This document shows positions 10,070 to 19,713 of a DNA stretch of 53,846 bases, in pieces. The notes under the pieces are model-generated. The model did no database searches, was not told where the DNA came from, and worked only from the letters and a program-made list of their open reading frames with translations. The position numbers and the translations under genes were made by a program. This DNA is from Anaerolineales bacterium UBA3001. Lineage in GTDB: Bacteria > Chloroflexota > Anaerolineae > Anaerolineales > UBA11657. Within the stretch, counting starts at the first letter, position 1. Each line of letters begins with the position of its first letter. Location: assembly GCA_002346435.1 (NCBI GenBank), contig DDZT01000064.1:1-53846 (forward strand). The letters are read 5' to 3'.

Positions 10070-10627
10070 TTATACATGCATAACTTCATCATGTTTACTA
10101 TCTCCAAGTACATTAATTTTTTCCACCGACTGATCAGTTAATTGCTGCAGTTCTTTCTGCCCATTCTCTAATTCATCTTCCGATATTAATTTTTCGCGCT
10201 CAAAATCACGTAAATCATTTTGTATATCTCGACGCACATTGCGCACTGACACACGAGCTTCTTCTACTCTTTGCCCTACAACCTTAGTTATTTCCTTCCT
10301 GCGTTCCTCTGTCAAAGGTGGAATGCTTAGTCTTATAATTTTGCCATCATTATTGGGAGTAAGTCCCAAATCTGACGCCATGATGCTGCGTTCAATTTCA
10401 CTAACCGTACTGCTGTCAAAGGGTCTAATAGCTATCATACGAGGCTCCGGAATACTAATGCTAGCCAACTGATTAAGCGGAGTCTGCTGTTCATAATAAT
10501 TTATCATTAATTTCTCCACCAGAACAGGCGAAGCTCTACCGGTTCGAATAGTCGACAGCCCATCTTCCAATGCACTAATAGAAGCTTGCATACGATCTCT
10601 AGCATCTTGTATCAATTCCTTAATCAT
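10070..10627 (-). CDS. frr: Ribosome recycling factor
   Basis: 185 aa. RTGRASPVLVEKL and LSIPPLTEERRKE segments. Canonical frr-pyrH-tsf-rpsB synteny. Confidence 0.95.
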   Translation of the reverse strand: MIKELIQDARDRMQASISALEDGLSTIRTGRASPVLVEKLMINYYEQQTPLNQLASISIPEPRMIAIRPFDSSTVSEIERSIMASDLGLTPNNDGKIIRLSIPPLTEERRKEITKVVGQRVEEARVSVRNVRRDIQNDLRDFEREKLISEDELENGQKELQQLTDQSVEKINVLGDSKHDEVMHV

Positions 10628-10746
10628 AGCCAGTTTAGACCTCAGAAACTATCTGTTAGGATTTATTGAACTATTGAACTATTAGTAATTTAGGCACCTT
10701 CAGTATACACCTATGCAAAAATTACGTAAAAACATTGTAGTGCAAA

Positions 10747-11466
10747 TCAATTGGATACTAATGTGCCTACCGTATCTCCCCGTACAATTTGCAACAAACT
10801 ATCTTTCTTCCACAAGTTGATCACTGCAATGGGCATATTGTTGTCCATACATAAAGACAATGCCGTACTATCCATAATCTTCAAACGAAGATTTATAGCT
10901 TCCATATAAGAAAGTCGATCATATTTCTCAGCATCAGGATTTTCTTGAGGATCAGAGGAGTAGACACCATCAACCTTAGTTGCCTTAATAAGAATATCGG
11001 CATCTATTTCGACAGCTCGCAGCGCACCTGCAGTATCAGTAGTGAAATAAGGATTGCCCGTTCCTCCTCCTAGAATAACTAACCTGTTCTTCTCCAAGTG
11101 CCGTACAGCACGACGCCAAATATATGGCTCAGCAACTGCTTTCATTTCTATTGCTGTTTGCACTCTAGTAGATATTCCACTACGCTCAAGAGCATCTTGC
11201 AAAGCAATTGAGTTCATTACGGTAGCAAGCATGCCCATATGATCAGCAATCGTACGTTCCATCCCACTATCAGTGCCTGTGGTACCTCGCCACAAATTAC
11301 CAGCACCAACCACTATGGCTATCTCCACTCCTTGTGTAGCAACGGACCCTATAACTTTAGCGACTTTGTCAGCCTGCTTAGGGTCAATCCCAACACCACT
11401 AGATGATGCTAGAGCCTCGCCCCCTAATTTCAAAAGTACCCGTTTGTATTTGTATGTCTTGCTCAT
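10747..11466 (-). CDS. pyrH: UMP kinase
   Basis: [12 protein letters not shown] and [19 protein letters not shown] motifs. Start set at ATG 11466 (MSKTYKYKR), with GAGG about 12 nt upstream. Confidence 0.93.
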   Translation of the reverse strand: MSKTYKYKRVLLKLGGEALASSSGVGIDPKQADKVAKVIGSVATQGVEIAIVVGAGNLWRGTTGTDSGMERTIADHMGMLATVMNSIALQDALERSGISTRVQTAIEMKAVAEPYIWRRAVRHLEKNRLVILGGGTGNPYFTTDTAGALRAVEIDADILIKATKVDGVYSSDPQENPDAEKYDRLSYMEAINLRLKIMDSTALSLCMDNNMPIAVINLWKKDSLLQIVRGDTVGTLVSN

Positions 11467-11516
11467 ATTTGTATATGCCTCATATCTGCACATACCACAT
11501 CAGAATTCAATTTAGG

Positions 11517-12110
11517 TTATTGACCTAGTTCAAAACGCACAAATCTATGCACAACAATATTTTCGCCCAGCTTTGCAATCGCATTGTTAACTAAATCCTG
11601 TACTGTTTGATCCTCATCCTTTATAAAGGGCTGTCTCAACAAACATACTTGTTTGTAATACTTCTCTATTTTTCCAGCAACAACCTTATCAACAATATTA
11701 TCAGGCTTTCCTTCTTTAAGGGCCTGCTCTCGAAAAAGATTCTCCTCTTTAGACAACGATTCGGATGGAAGATCGTCTTTATCAATACACAACGGATTAG
11801 CCATAGCTATATGTAAAAGAATGTCATGTACTAACGCACGGAAATCATCAGTTTTGGCAACAAAATCTGTCTCACAATTTACCTCAACAATTACTCCTAC
11901 ACGATTACCAGGATGAATGTAAGAGTCAATCAAACCCTCGCTTACATCTCTACCAGCTTTTTTGGCAACACTAGACAACCCTTGTTTTCTAAGCCAATCT
12001 ACAGCTTGATCCAAATCCCCTTTACTATTTTCTAGAGCTTTCTTACAATCTAGTATTGGCGCGCCAGTTACACCACGCAATTCTTTTACCTGACTAGCAC
12101 TTACCCCCAT
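11517..12110 (-). CDS. tsf: Elongation factor Ts (short, about 197-aa form)
   Basis: UBA-like N-terminus VKELRGVTGAPILDCKKAL. Lies 1 nt downstream of the rpsB stop. Confidence 0.92.
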   Translation of the reverse strand: MGVSASQVKELRGVTGAPILDCKKALENSKGDLDQAVDWLRKQGLSSVAKKAGRDVSEGLIDSYIHPGNRVGVIVEVNCETDFVAKTDDFRALVHDILLHIAMANPLCIDKDDLPSESLSKEENLFREQALKEGKPDNIVDKVVAGKIEKYYKQVCLLRQPFIKDEDQTVQDLVNNAIAKLGENIVVHRFVRFELGQ

Positions 12111-12111
12111 A

Positions 12112-13128
12112 TTATTCCTCCGACTTAGAGTCCGATGAATTTTCTACATCATCAGCTTTTCCTATATCAGATTCCGCTTTGTCTAAATCAGAATCGTCCG
12201 CATTATTACTATCATCATCTTCCACTAACTTTATGTCAACATTATCGGCAGATACTGATGATGTTTCGGATTCTTTTTTGTCAATAGTACCGGCATCGTC
12301 TGGTACTCCTGCAAAATCCAATTCCCCACTACTCAGTTTTGCCAACGTTGATGCACCTAACAAATCCTCATCAGCCTCAGCTATAGTTTCCATAGCAGCT
12401 GCTGAACGATCTAATCCTTGTTCATCTGTAGACTCTTCATCCTTGCGCAGACTGATACCTTCTAGGACTGCATCAGACATATATGTCATCATAAGCCGAA
12501 TAGCACGAATAGCATCATCATTAGCAGGTAACACATATTCAACAGAAGAAGGATCACAATTTGAATCTACCATAGCAATTACAGGTATATTTAGAATGTT
12601 AGCCTCTTTAATAGCAGCAGATTCACGACGAACATCCACCACAAACATTAACCTAGGCAAACCTTGCATAGAACGGATTCCTCCAAGTCTATACTGAAGC
12701 TTGTCGATTTTCCGATTCAGCATTAGACGTTCTTTCTTTTTTAGAGCATCCCATTCGCCTGCCTCATTTTCACTTTCCAATCGCTCAAGTTCGTCGATAC
12801 GCTCTTTCATAGTACGCCAATTTGTTATCATGCCTCCCAGCCAACGTCTGTTAACATATGGCATGTTACATTTTTCAGCCTCATTCTGAATAGCGTCTTG
12901 AGCCTGCCTTTTAGTTCCTACAAATAACACCTCTCCCCCGGAAGCTACTGTGTCGCGTATTAGTTCACATGCCTCTTGCAACGCCCTAGAAGTTTGCTGC
13001 AAATCTATAATATGAATACCATTACGTTCGGTAAAAATATAAGGTTTCATTTTCGGATGCCATCTACCTGTACGATGGCCAAAATGCATACCAGTTTCAA
13101 GCAAACTTTTCATTGATATAACAGTCAT
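12112..13128 (-). CDS. rpsB: 30S ribosomal protein S2 with long acidic C-terminal tail
   Basis: LLETGMHFGHRTGRWHPKM core. Start set at ATG 13128 (MTVISMK), preceded by AGGAG. Final ~90 aa are a D/E/S-rich low-complexity tail. Confidence 0.93.
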   Translation of the reverse strand: MTVISMKSLLETGMHFGHRTGRWHPKMKPYIFTERNGIHIIDLQQTSRALQEACELIRDTVASGGEVLFVGTKRQAQDAIQNEAEKCNMPYVNRRWLGGMITNWRTMKERIDELERLESENEAGEWDALKKKERLMLNRKIDKLQYRLGGIRSMQGLPRLMFVVDVRRESAAIKEANILNIPVIAMVDSNCDPSSVEYVLPANDDAIRAIRLMMTYMSDAVLEGISLRKDEESTDEQGLDRSAAAMETIAEADEDLLGASTLAKLSSGELDFAGVPDDAGTIDKKESETSSVSADNVDIKLVEDDDSNNADDSDLDKAESDIGKADDVENSSDSKSEE

Positions 13129-13303
13129 CTGGGGGTATTCTCCTTTCCGTTTTAGGCTTCCGTCAGTTTCACACCCACCTGGAGCCATCTAGTTTACTAG
13201 GGGGCACGGCCATATGGGTCCACTAACGTGCAATATGATTATGATTCTAATTGTTCAACCACAGCAAAAATACAGCAAAAATATATTCTATACTAAAGTC
13301 ACA

Positions 13304-13654
13304 TTATTGTTTTATAGCTAAATCAGCAACTGCAGAAAACGTATTAGGGTCTCTTACAGCTAAATCAGCAAGTGTTTTCCGATTAAGTCGTATATTTGCT
13401 TCACGCAACTTATGCATAAAAATACTATAACTAATACCACGTTGTCGTGCAGCAGCGTTTATGCGCATTATCCACAAACGCCTACGGTCCCGCTTTCGTA
13501 CCCTACGGTCACGGTAGGCATACCAGTAACTTTTTAGCATCGACTCATTGGCTCGACGCCACAGACGATGCCTAGATCCAAACTGACCTTGCATACTCTT
13601 AACAATCTTTTGGTGACGACGGCGCCGGTATGGGCCGGTTTTAACTCTTGTCAT
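13304..13654 (-). CDS. rplT: 50S ribosomal protein L20
   Basis: 116 aa, basic, MTRVKTGPYRRRRHQKIVK N-terminus. infC-rpmI-rplT synteny. Confidence 0.95.
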   Translation of the reverse strand: MTRVKTGPYRRRRHQKIVKSMQGQFGSRHRLWRRANESMLKSYWYAYRDRRVRKRDRRRLWIMRINAAARQRGISYSIFMHKLREANIRLNRKTLADLAVRDPNTFSAVADLAIKQ

Positions 13655-13678
13655 TATTTAAACCTCTTTGATATCCAC

Positions 13679-13930
13679 CTAAGCAGGCGGATTATACTTA
13701 TAACGTCTAAGATATGGAGCCAATCTTCTCACTCTCTTGTTAATACTAGGCGATTCCACCTCTATCATTTTTGAGAATAAACGCTTAGTACGTTTCGAAG
13801 TATTTCGTCGAAGATGACCCTTGCCAATCTTTGTACGCACTAATTTACCAGAACCGGTAACCTTGAAACGTTTTGCTGTAGCACGATGAGTTTTTATCTT
13901 GTATTTTTTCTTTGTTTTCTTTCTAGGCAT
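13679..13930 (-). CDS. rpmI: 50S ribosomal protein L35
   Basis: MPRKKTKKKYKIKTHRATAKRFKVTGSGK. Start set at ATG 13930 rather than the longest ORF. Confidence 0.93.
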   Translation of the reverse strand: MPRKKTKKKYKIKTHRATAKRFKVTGSGKLVRTKIGKGHLRRNTSKRTKRLFSKMIEVESPSINKRVRRLAPYLRRYKYNPPA

Positions 13931-13991
13931 AATTACACACAACCATTACCCTGTCTTTAATCTATATTACCCTATATTACCTTACTATAAT

Positions 13992-14555
13992 TCAGGAATT
14001 TTTGTCAGCACCTGGAGCTAGCACCATTAACATTGTTCTACCTTCCATACTAGGAGGAGACTCCATATGTGCAACATCTGATAGTTCTTCATAAATCTCA
14101 GCCATATCTTCCCTAGCCACATCGGGTAAAGTAATCTCACGACCTCTAAATCTAATCCGCACCCTAACCTTCTTGCCACTTCCGAGCCATCTGCGTGCAT
14201 CACGAACCTTAAATGACCGATGATGAACTGTAGTTTTTGGCCGCAATCTAATCTCTTTTATCTCAACCTGCTTTTGTGATTTGCGAGCCTCTTTTTCCTT
14301 CTTGGATCGCTCATACAAAAATTTGCCATAGTCAAGGACCCGGCACACAGGCGGTTTAGCATTGGGAGACACCTCTACCAAGTCTAAATCAGCTTCCCGA
14401 GCGATAGCTAGTGCCTCAGCTACAGGCACAGACCCACGATTTTTACCATCGGGTCCAATCAGCATAACATCTTTAGCCCTAATCCTACCGTTTATTCGGA
14501 AAGCATCAGACTTGTTGCGTACTTGTTTTATGTTTCTACGATAAAGTCTTGCTAT
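13992..14555 (-). CDS. infC: Translation initiation factor IF-3, probable non-canonical ATA start
   Basis: The ATG-initiated ORF (14465) lacks the conserved IF-3 N-terminus. The open frame extends upstream as IARLYRRNIKQVRNKSDAFRINGRIRAKDV up to an in-frame TAA at 14570-14568. ATA at 14555-14553 lies 7 nt downstream of GGGGA. Confidence 0.8.
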   Translation of the reverse strand: MARLYRRNIKQVRNKSDAFRINGRIRAKDVMLIGPDGKNRGSVPVAEALAIAREADLDLVEVSPNAKPPVCRVLDYGKFLYERSKKEKEARKSQKQVEIKEIRLRPKTTVHHRSFKVRDARRWLGSGKKVRVRIRFRGREITLPDVAREDMAEIYEELSDVAHMESPPSMEGRTMLMVLAPGADKNS

Positions 14556-14762
14556 TGTAGTATCCCCTTATGATTGTTCAATCTATTACTTTGCTTAATA
14601 ACTATAATAGTGTTATTTTATTACTTGTGTAAACAGAGTGCGATAATACCATAGCAAGAAAAAGCCGTCAATGAAAATACTGCTTTCACATACACTATAA
14701 TTGCATCATTTATAGCTAAATTTACATATACTCATTGCAACATTATTAATAGGGAGACATAC

Positions 14763-15335
14763 ATGAAAGATCTTAAGGACCGCATTCGCACACAAGGTAA
14801 ATATCTGGGCAAAGGCATTCTAAAAGTCGACGGATTTATCAATCACCAAGTAGATCCTATACTGATGAAATCTTGTGGAAGTGCTCTTGCGTCTAAATTC
14901 TCAAATGTAGCAGCTACCAAAATCCTCACAGCAGAAATATCTGGGATTGCACCTGCTTTGATGACTGCCATGTATCTAAACTTACCTGTTGTATATGCTC
15001 GCAAACACAAACCCGTCACTATGCCAGATGAAGTTTTACTAACATTAGCGCCATCTCACACAAAGGGACGATTGGTAGAATTAATCATATCTCCTGAGTA
15101 TCTACAAGCGGGCGAAAAAGCACTCATCATTGACGATTTTTTGGCCTCTGGGCAAACTATACTTGGACTTGCAAATCTAGCGGAGGCAGCAGGTGCCGAT
15201 ATAGTTGGCATTGGAACATTAATTGAGAAAACTTTTGAGGATGGTCGCTCAGCGTTATCGAAACTAAATGTGCCAATAAAATCACTAGCCCCTATCTCGG
15301 AGATGAGTGAGGACAATATAGTTTTTGCCGGTTAA
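14763..15335 (+). CDS. xpt: Xanthine phosphoribosyltransferase
   Basis: 190 aa. N-terminal LKDRI...GILKVDGFINHQVDP pattern and PRPP loop ALIIDDFLASGQT. AGGGAGA RBS upstream. Confidence 0.85.
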   Translation: MKDLKDRIRTQGKYLGKGILKVDGFINHQVDPILMKSCGSALASKFSNVAATKILTAEISGIAPALMTAMYLNLPVVYARKHKPVTMPDEVLLTLAPSHTKGRLVELIISPEYLQAGEKALIIDDFLASGQTILGLANLAEAAGADIVGIGTLIEKTFEDGRSALSKLNVPIKSLAPISEMSEDNIVFAG

Positions 15336-15355
15336 TATAGGTCTATTATTACGAT

Positions 15356-16900
15356 ATGGATTCAGTTGCTATCATAGATTTCGGATCACAATACTCACAA
15401 CTTATTGCTAGACGCATACGAGAAGCACAAGTTTATTGTGAACTATTTCCTTTTGATACTGATGCAGATAAAGTGCTAGGCATTCAACCAAAGGCACTCA
15501 TTCTATCAGGAGGTCCTAGCAGTGTGTACGAAGAGAATGCACCAACACTGCCAGACTATATCCTGACATCAAATATGCCAATACTAGGTATATGTTATGG
15601 AATGCAAATTCTAGCGCACAATATAGGCGGAATAGTTTCGCAGGCACCTGTTCACGAATATGGGCGCAGTTTGGTTGAGTGTCACTCTAACTCTATGTTA
15701 TTTCCAGAACATATTGCAGGAAATACATTTCAGGCTTGGATGAGCCATGGAGACCAGGTCGCCCAGGTCCCCCCCGATTTTCATATCACAGCTTCGAGTA
15801 AAACCTGTCCAATTGTCGCAATGGAAAATTCGAAACTATCAATTTTTGGATTACAATTTCATCCGGAAGTGCATCACACAGAATATGGTAGTGAAATCAT
15901 TCAGCATTTTCTAAAAACTGCTTGTATAAAACGCGATTGGATGCCTAGTCGTATCGTACAAGATAGCATACATCAGATTCAATCCATAGTAGGCGATGAT
16001 AAAGTGATTGCTGCAGTAAGTGGTGGAGTAGACTCAACAGTAGCAACAGCTTTAGTGCATGAGGCTATCGGGGACCAGTTGTCATGTTTTTATGTGGACA
16101 CTGGCCTGATGAGAGAAGGTGAGACTAACCAAGTAGTAAGAACGTTCCAAAACCATATGCAACTCAACTTTGAAGTTATTTCTGCAGCAGATGAATTTAT
16201 TAATGTACTATCAGGAGTTGTAAATCCTGAACACAAGCGTAAATTAATAGGGGAAAAATTCATACGAGTCTTTGAAAGAGAAGCGCAACGACTAGGGAGT
16301 AACGCCAAATTCCTAGTACAAGGTACTATATATCCGGATGTAGTTGAAAGCAGTGGACAAGACAAAGACAAGTCAGCAAAAATCAAGACACATCACAATG
16401 TCGGAGGATTACCTGACGAACTTAGGTTCGATTTGATAGAACCACTGAGGTTTATGTTTAAAGATGAGGTCCGTAAAGTGGGCACAGAACTAGGTCTACC
16501 GGATGAAATGGTATGGAGACAACCTTTCCCAGGACCAGGACTGGCAATACGATGCCTTGGCGAAGTTACTCCAAATCGACTAGACCGTCTAAGAACTGCA
16601 GATAGTATTATGCAATCAGAATTACACCAAGCCAATTTATTGCGACATGCAACATCTCAATCATTTGCAGTATTGTTACCAGTAAAATCAGTGGGTGTAA
16701 TGGGTGACTCAAGATCATACGAAGAGGTTATAGCGCTTCGAGCAGTAGTGACTAATGATTTCATGACCGCTGACTGGGCACACCTACCATACGAAATCCT
16801 TGCCAAAATATCTAGTCGCATAATAAATGAGGTTCGCGGTGTCAACAGGGTAGTTTATGATATAAGCACAAAACCCCCTGCAACAATAGAGTGGGAATAA
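15356..16900 (+). CDS. guaA: GMP synthase (glutamine-hydrolysing)
   Basis: GATase-1 (GICYGMQ, FHPE), ATP-PPase SGGVDS loop, C-terminal KPPATIEWE. Confidence 0.95.
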   Translation: MDSVAIIDFGSQYSQLIARRIREAQVYCELFPFDTDADKVLGIQPKALILSGGPSSVYEENAPTLPDYILTSNMPILGICYGMQILAHNIGGIVSQAPVHEYGRSLVECHSNSMLFPEHIAGNTFQAWMSHGDQVAQVPPDFHITASSKTCPIVAMENSKLSIFGLQFHPEVHHTEYGSEIIQHFLKTACIKRDWMPSRIVQDSIHQIQSIVGDDKVIAAVSGGVDSTVATALVHEAIGDQLSCFYVDTGLMREGETNQVVRTFQNHMQLNFEVISAADEFINVLSGVVNPEHKRKLIGEKFIRVFEREAQRLGSNAKFLVQGTIYPDVVESSGQDKDKSAKIKTHHNVGGLPDELRFDLIEPLRFMFKDEVRKVGTELGLPDEMVWRQPFPGPGLAIRCLGEVTPNRLDRLRTADSIMQSELHQANLLRHATSQSFAVLLPVKSVGVMGDSRSYEEVIALRAVVTNDFMTADWAHLPYEILAKISSRIINEVRGVNRVVYDISTKPPATIEWE

Positions 16901-18322
16901 TTACATGATTGGAGCGTTGGCCTGCCTATGTAGAAATTGACCGTATCCGGCTTTACCCAACCATTTACCCCTATCCACCAATAAATGGCCACGCAAATAC
17001 ACTTGTAATGGGTATCCTTCCACCTCAACTCCTTCCCACAAATCATGGTCTGTTCGCATATGAGAATTTGTAACACTGATTGTATGTTTGATACTCGGGT
17101 CCCACAAAACAATGTCAGCATCAGACCCTGGCGATAATGTACCCTTGCGTGGATACAAACCAAATATTCGAGCAGGGTTGCCAGATGTTAATTCAACAAA
17201 CCTTTGCATAGACAGCTTTCCTGCAGAAACGCCAAAATGCCACAGTAAAGACATTCTATGCTCAATAGCTGGCAGACCATTAGGTATCCGCGTAAAATCA
17301 GATTTACCTAACTCTTTGCCAGGTATAGCCAATTGCTGTCCATCGAACTCTATTGCAGTAGCACCATCCGCAAAAAACGGACAATGATCTGTTCCAACAG
17401 TTTGTATACTCCCATCTGATAATCCCTTCCAAAGGGCATCATTGTCCTCAACAGTACGGAGTGGCGGCGAGCATACCCAGTTCGCCCCATCAGGTCTCAA
17501 CAAATCTTCCTGTGTAAAAAATAGATATTGCGGACAGGTTTCTCCCATGACATGTGCTCCCCGTTTACGCGCAGAAGCTATCTGATTGAGCAGCCCTGCA
17601 GTCGTAACGTGAACAATATATAGCCCAGCTTTACTACTTTCAGCGATGCTTATTGCTCGCCTTCCTGCAATGACTTCACCATGTGCAGGGCGTGTACGGG
17701 CATGCCATATCGGATCTGTATAACCATCTGATAACGCCCTAGCAACTAACCGATCAATCTCATCACCATCCTCGATATGTATCATAACTAACATACCATT
17801 TTCTCTAGAGATATTAAGTACTTTTGAGATCTCGTCATCAGATAGACGAAGTCGACCATTATAAGCAGTGAAAACTTTCAGTGTAGTTAATCCCTGCAAA
17901 GGCAGACTAGGTATCTCCCTTGCCACATCATTAGAGAAATCTGTCACATTGACATGAAACGAGTAATCCACTGCAGCTATTTGGGATGCCTGCGTTCGGG
18001 ACAAATCAATAGATTGTTGCAATGAAGATCCAGGAGACTGTGAGGTAAAGTCCATTACCGTAGTAGTGCCACCAAAAGCAGCAGCCCTATGACCAGTGAA
18101 GTGATCATCCGAACTTATCGTATCGAACATAGGAAGCGAAAAATGTGCGTGAGGTTCAACACCACCTGGCAGCAAAATTAGACCGCTACAATCAACTACT
18201 CTAGCATCTGATACTGGCAAATCTGTGCCTACAGACACGATCTTATCGCCAATTACCAATAGATCAGCTATTATTGTTTCAGTTTCGGTAACAACATCAC
18301 CACCACGAAAAAGTATGTTCAT
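16901..18322 (-). CDS. Dihydropyrimidinase / D-hydantoinase-type cyclic amidohydrolase
   Basis: 473 aa. HxH metal motif GGVEPHAHF and VGTDHCPF motif. Length and pattern are typical of the family. Confidence 0.8.
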   Translation of the reverse strand: MNILFRGGDVVTETETIIADLLVIGDKIVSVGTDLPVSDARVVDCSGLILLPGGVEPHAHFSLPMFDTISSDDHFTGHRAAAFGGTTTVMDFTSQSPGSSLQQSIDLSRTQASQIAAVDYSFHVNVTDFSNDVAREIPSLPLQGLTTLKVFTAYNGRLRLSDDEISKVLNISRENGMLVMIHIEDGDEIDRLVARALSDGYTDPIWHARTRPAHGEVIAGRRAISIAESSKAGLYIVHVTTAGLLNQIASARKRGAHVMGETCPQYLFFTQEDLLRPDGANWVCSPPLRTVEDNDALWKGLSDGSIQTVGTDHCPFFADGATAIEFDGQQLAIPGKELGKSDFTRIPNGLPAIEHRMSLLWHFGVSAGKLSMQRFVELTSGNPARIFGLYPRKGTLSPGSDADIVLWDPSIKHTISVTNSHMRTDHDLWEGVEVEGYPLQVYLRGHLLVDRGKWLGKAGYGQFLHRQANAPIM

Positions 18323-18476
18323 ACAATATTTTTACCACTCCGCGACAACAAATCCAATGATACTTTGACTTTGTAAGTTTAAAATGCAACGCTAAATCAC
18401 CATTACATATACACCTGAAACGATAACAGTCGTATAATAGGATAGAAAGTAGAATACAAAATGGAATAATAGACTA

Positions 18477-19703
18477 ATGAATAATTTTCTGCAATTCATA
18501 TTAGCACTTACAGTAATCGTAACTTTTACAAAAGTTGGCGGATATTTAAGTGTGCGTTTAAGACAACCTGCAGTAGTTGGAGAATTACTTGCAGGTATAG
18601 CCTTAGGTCCTACAGTTCTAAACATGATGCAGTGGAGTGTGTTTACTGACCAGCATTTAGGTGAATTGATAACCCATCTCGGAGAATTTGGTGTAATTCT
18701 TTTGATGCTACTTGCAGGAATGCACCTACATTTGGATGATCTAGTTGATTCAAGTAAAGTAGCAGGATTATCAGGCACCTTAGGTGTTGTCACTCCTCTA
18801 CTAATGGGCTGGGGAATATGCGTCCTTTTTGGAATGCCGACACATACATCAGTATTTATTGGCTTGATACTCGCCGCCACTAGTGTGAGTATATCCGCAC
18901 AAACTCTGATGGAATTGGGTATCTTGCGCAGCAAAGTTGGCGTCTCTATGATGGGTGCAGCTGTAATTGACGACGTATTAGTGCTATTGGGATTGTCAAT
19001 ATTTACTGCATTAACTAGCAGTCAATCTACTGGTGGAATGGGAGAAATATTGACGATATTACTGCAGATGATAGGCTTTTTTACAATTAGTATTGCGGCT
19101 GGAATATTATTGCTGCCAAGACTGACAAATTGGATTGATGGCCTACGTATAAATCAAGGTATATATCTTTACACACTTGTTGTAGCATTAGTGTACTCCT
19201 GGACAGCTGAGGTTATAGGAGGTATCGCAGCAATTACCGGCGCGTTTCTTGCAGGTCTTTTCCTTAGCCGCACTCTACAACGAGATCGTATTATTGAAGG
19301 AGTGTCTACCATAGCCTATTCACTGTTTGTGCCAGTTTTCTTTGCTAACATAGGTCTGCAAGCTAACGCCAGAAATATTACAGGAGACCTAATATGGATT
19401 ACTTCCGCAATTATTTTAGTGGCAATAATTAGCAAATTAGTAGGGTGTACATTGGGCGCACGTTTAGGGGGAATGAACTTGCAGGAATCTTTGCAAGTAG
19501 GAGCAGGGATGATTTCACGCGGCGAAGTAGGACTTATAGTAGCTACACTTGGATTAACTCACGGTATTATCAACCAAGAAGTTTTCTCCATCACAGTTGT
19601 AACAGTTATCGTAGTCACTCTAGTTACACCTATCATATTATATAAACTATCAGACAAGACACTTCCAGATAATTCAAACCCACCTATATTGTCACCAGAT
19701 TAG
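18477..19703 (+). CDS. Cation:proton antiporter (CPA2/Kef-NapA-like)
   Basis: 408 aa, about 12 hydrophobic helices. N-terminal GGYLSVRLRQPAVVGELLAGIALGP is typical of Na+/H+ exchanger family proteins. Confidence 0.8.
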   Translation: MNNFLQFILALTVIVTFTKVGGYLSVRLRQPAVVGELLAGIALGPTVLNMMQWSVFTDQHLGELITHLGEFGVILLMLLAGMHLHLDDLVDSSKVAGLSGTLGVVTPLLMGWGICVLFGMPTHTSVFIGLILAATSVSISAQTLMELGILRSKVGVSMMGAAVIDDVLVLLGLSIFTALTSSQSTGGMGEILTILLQMIGFFTISIAAGILLLPRLTNWIDGLRINQGIYLYTLVVALVYSWTAEVIGGIAAITGAFLAGLFLSRTLQRDRIIEGVSTIAYSLFVPVFFANIGLQANARNITGDLIWITSAIILVAIISKLVGCTLGARLGGMNLQESLQVGAGMISRGEVGLIVATLGLTHGIINQEVFSITVVTVIVVTLVTPIILYKLSDKTLPDNSNPPILSPD

Positions 19704-19713
19704 GAAAACAACC

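Noticed and set aside
10665-10683. Short tandem repeats in AT-rich spacers (ATTGAACT x2.4 at 10665-10683; ACAGCAAAAAT x2 at 13261-13282; TATATTACC x2 near 13960-13985)
   Set aside because: These are very short, low-complexity duplications in AT-rich intergenic DNA. Slippage is the likely cause, and no associated structure or gene context suggests a function.
12179-12697. Long antisense ORFs in the track: 172 aa opposite rpsB, and likewise 27118-27675, 18392-18934, 37560-37946, 33990-34403, 5016-5249 and others
   Set aside because: Each lies fully inside a well-supported conserved gene on the other strand. Their translations are low-complexity (S/P/A/R/I-rich) with no motifs. This is a typical by-product of codon bias, not evidence for overlapping genes.
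14571-14762. Possible purine (guanine) riboswitch upstream of xpt, as in Firmicutes
   Set aside because: The spacer lacks the conserved purine-riboswitch core elements I know (the paired loops with UAUAAU...GG and the CCGUAAA-type junction) and shows no three-way-junction helices. The region is simply AT-rich. An L20-leader type element for infC on the other strand can be neither supported nor excluded by eye.
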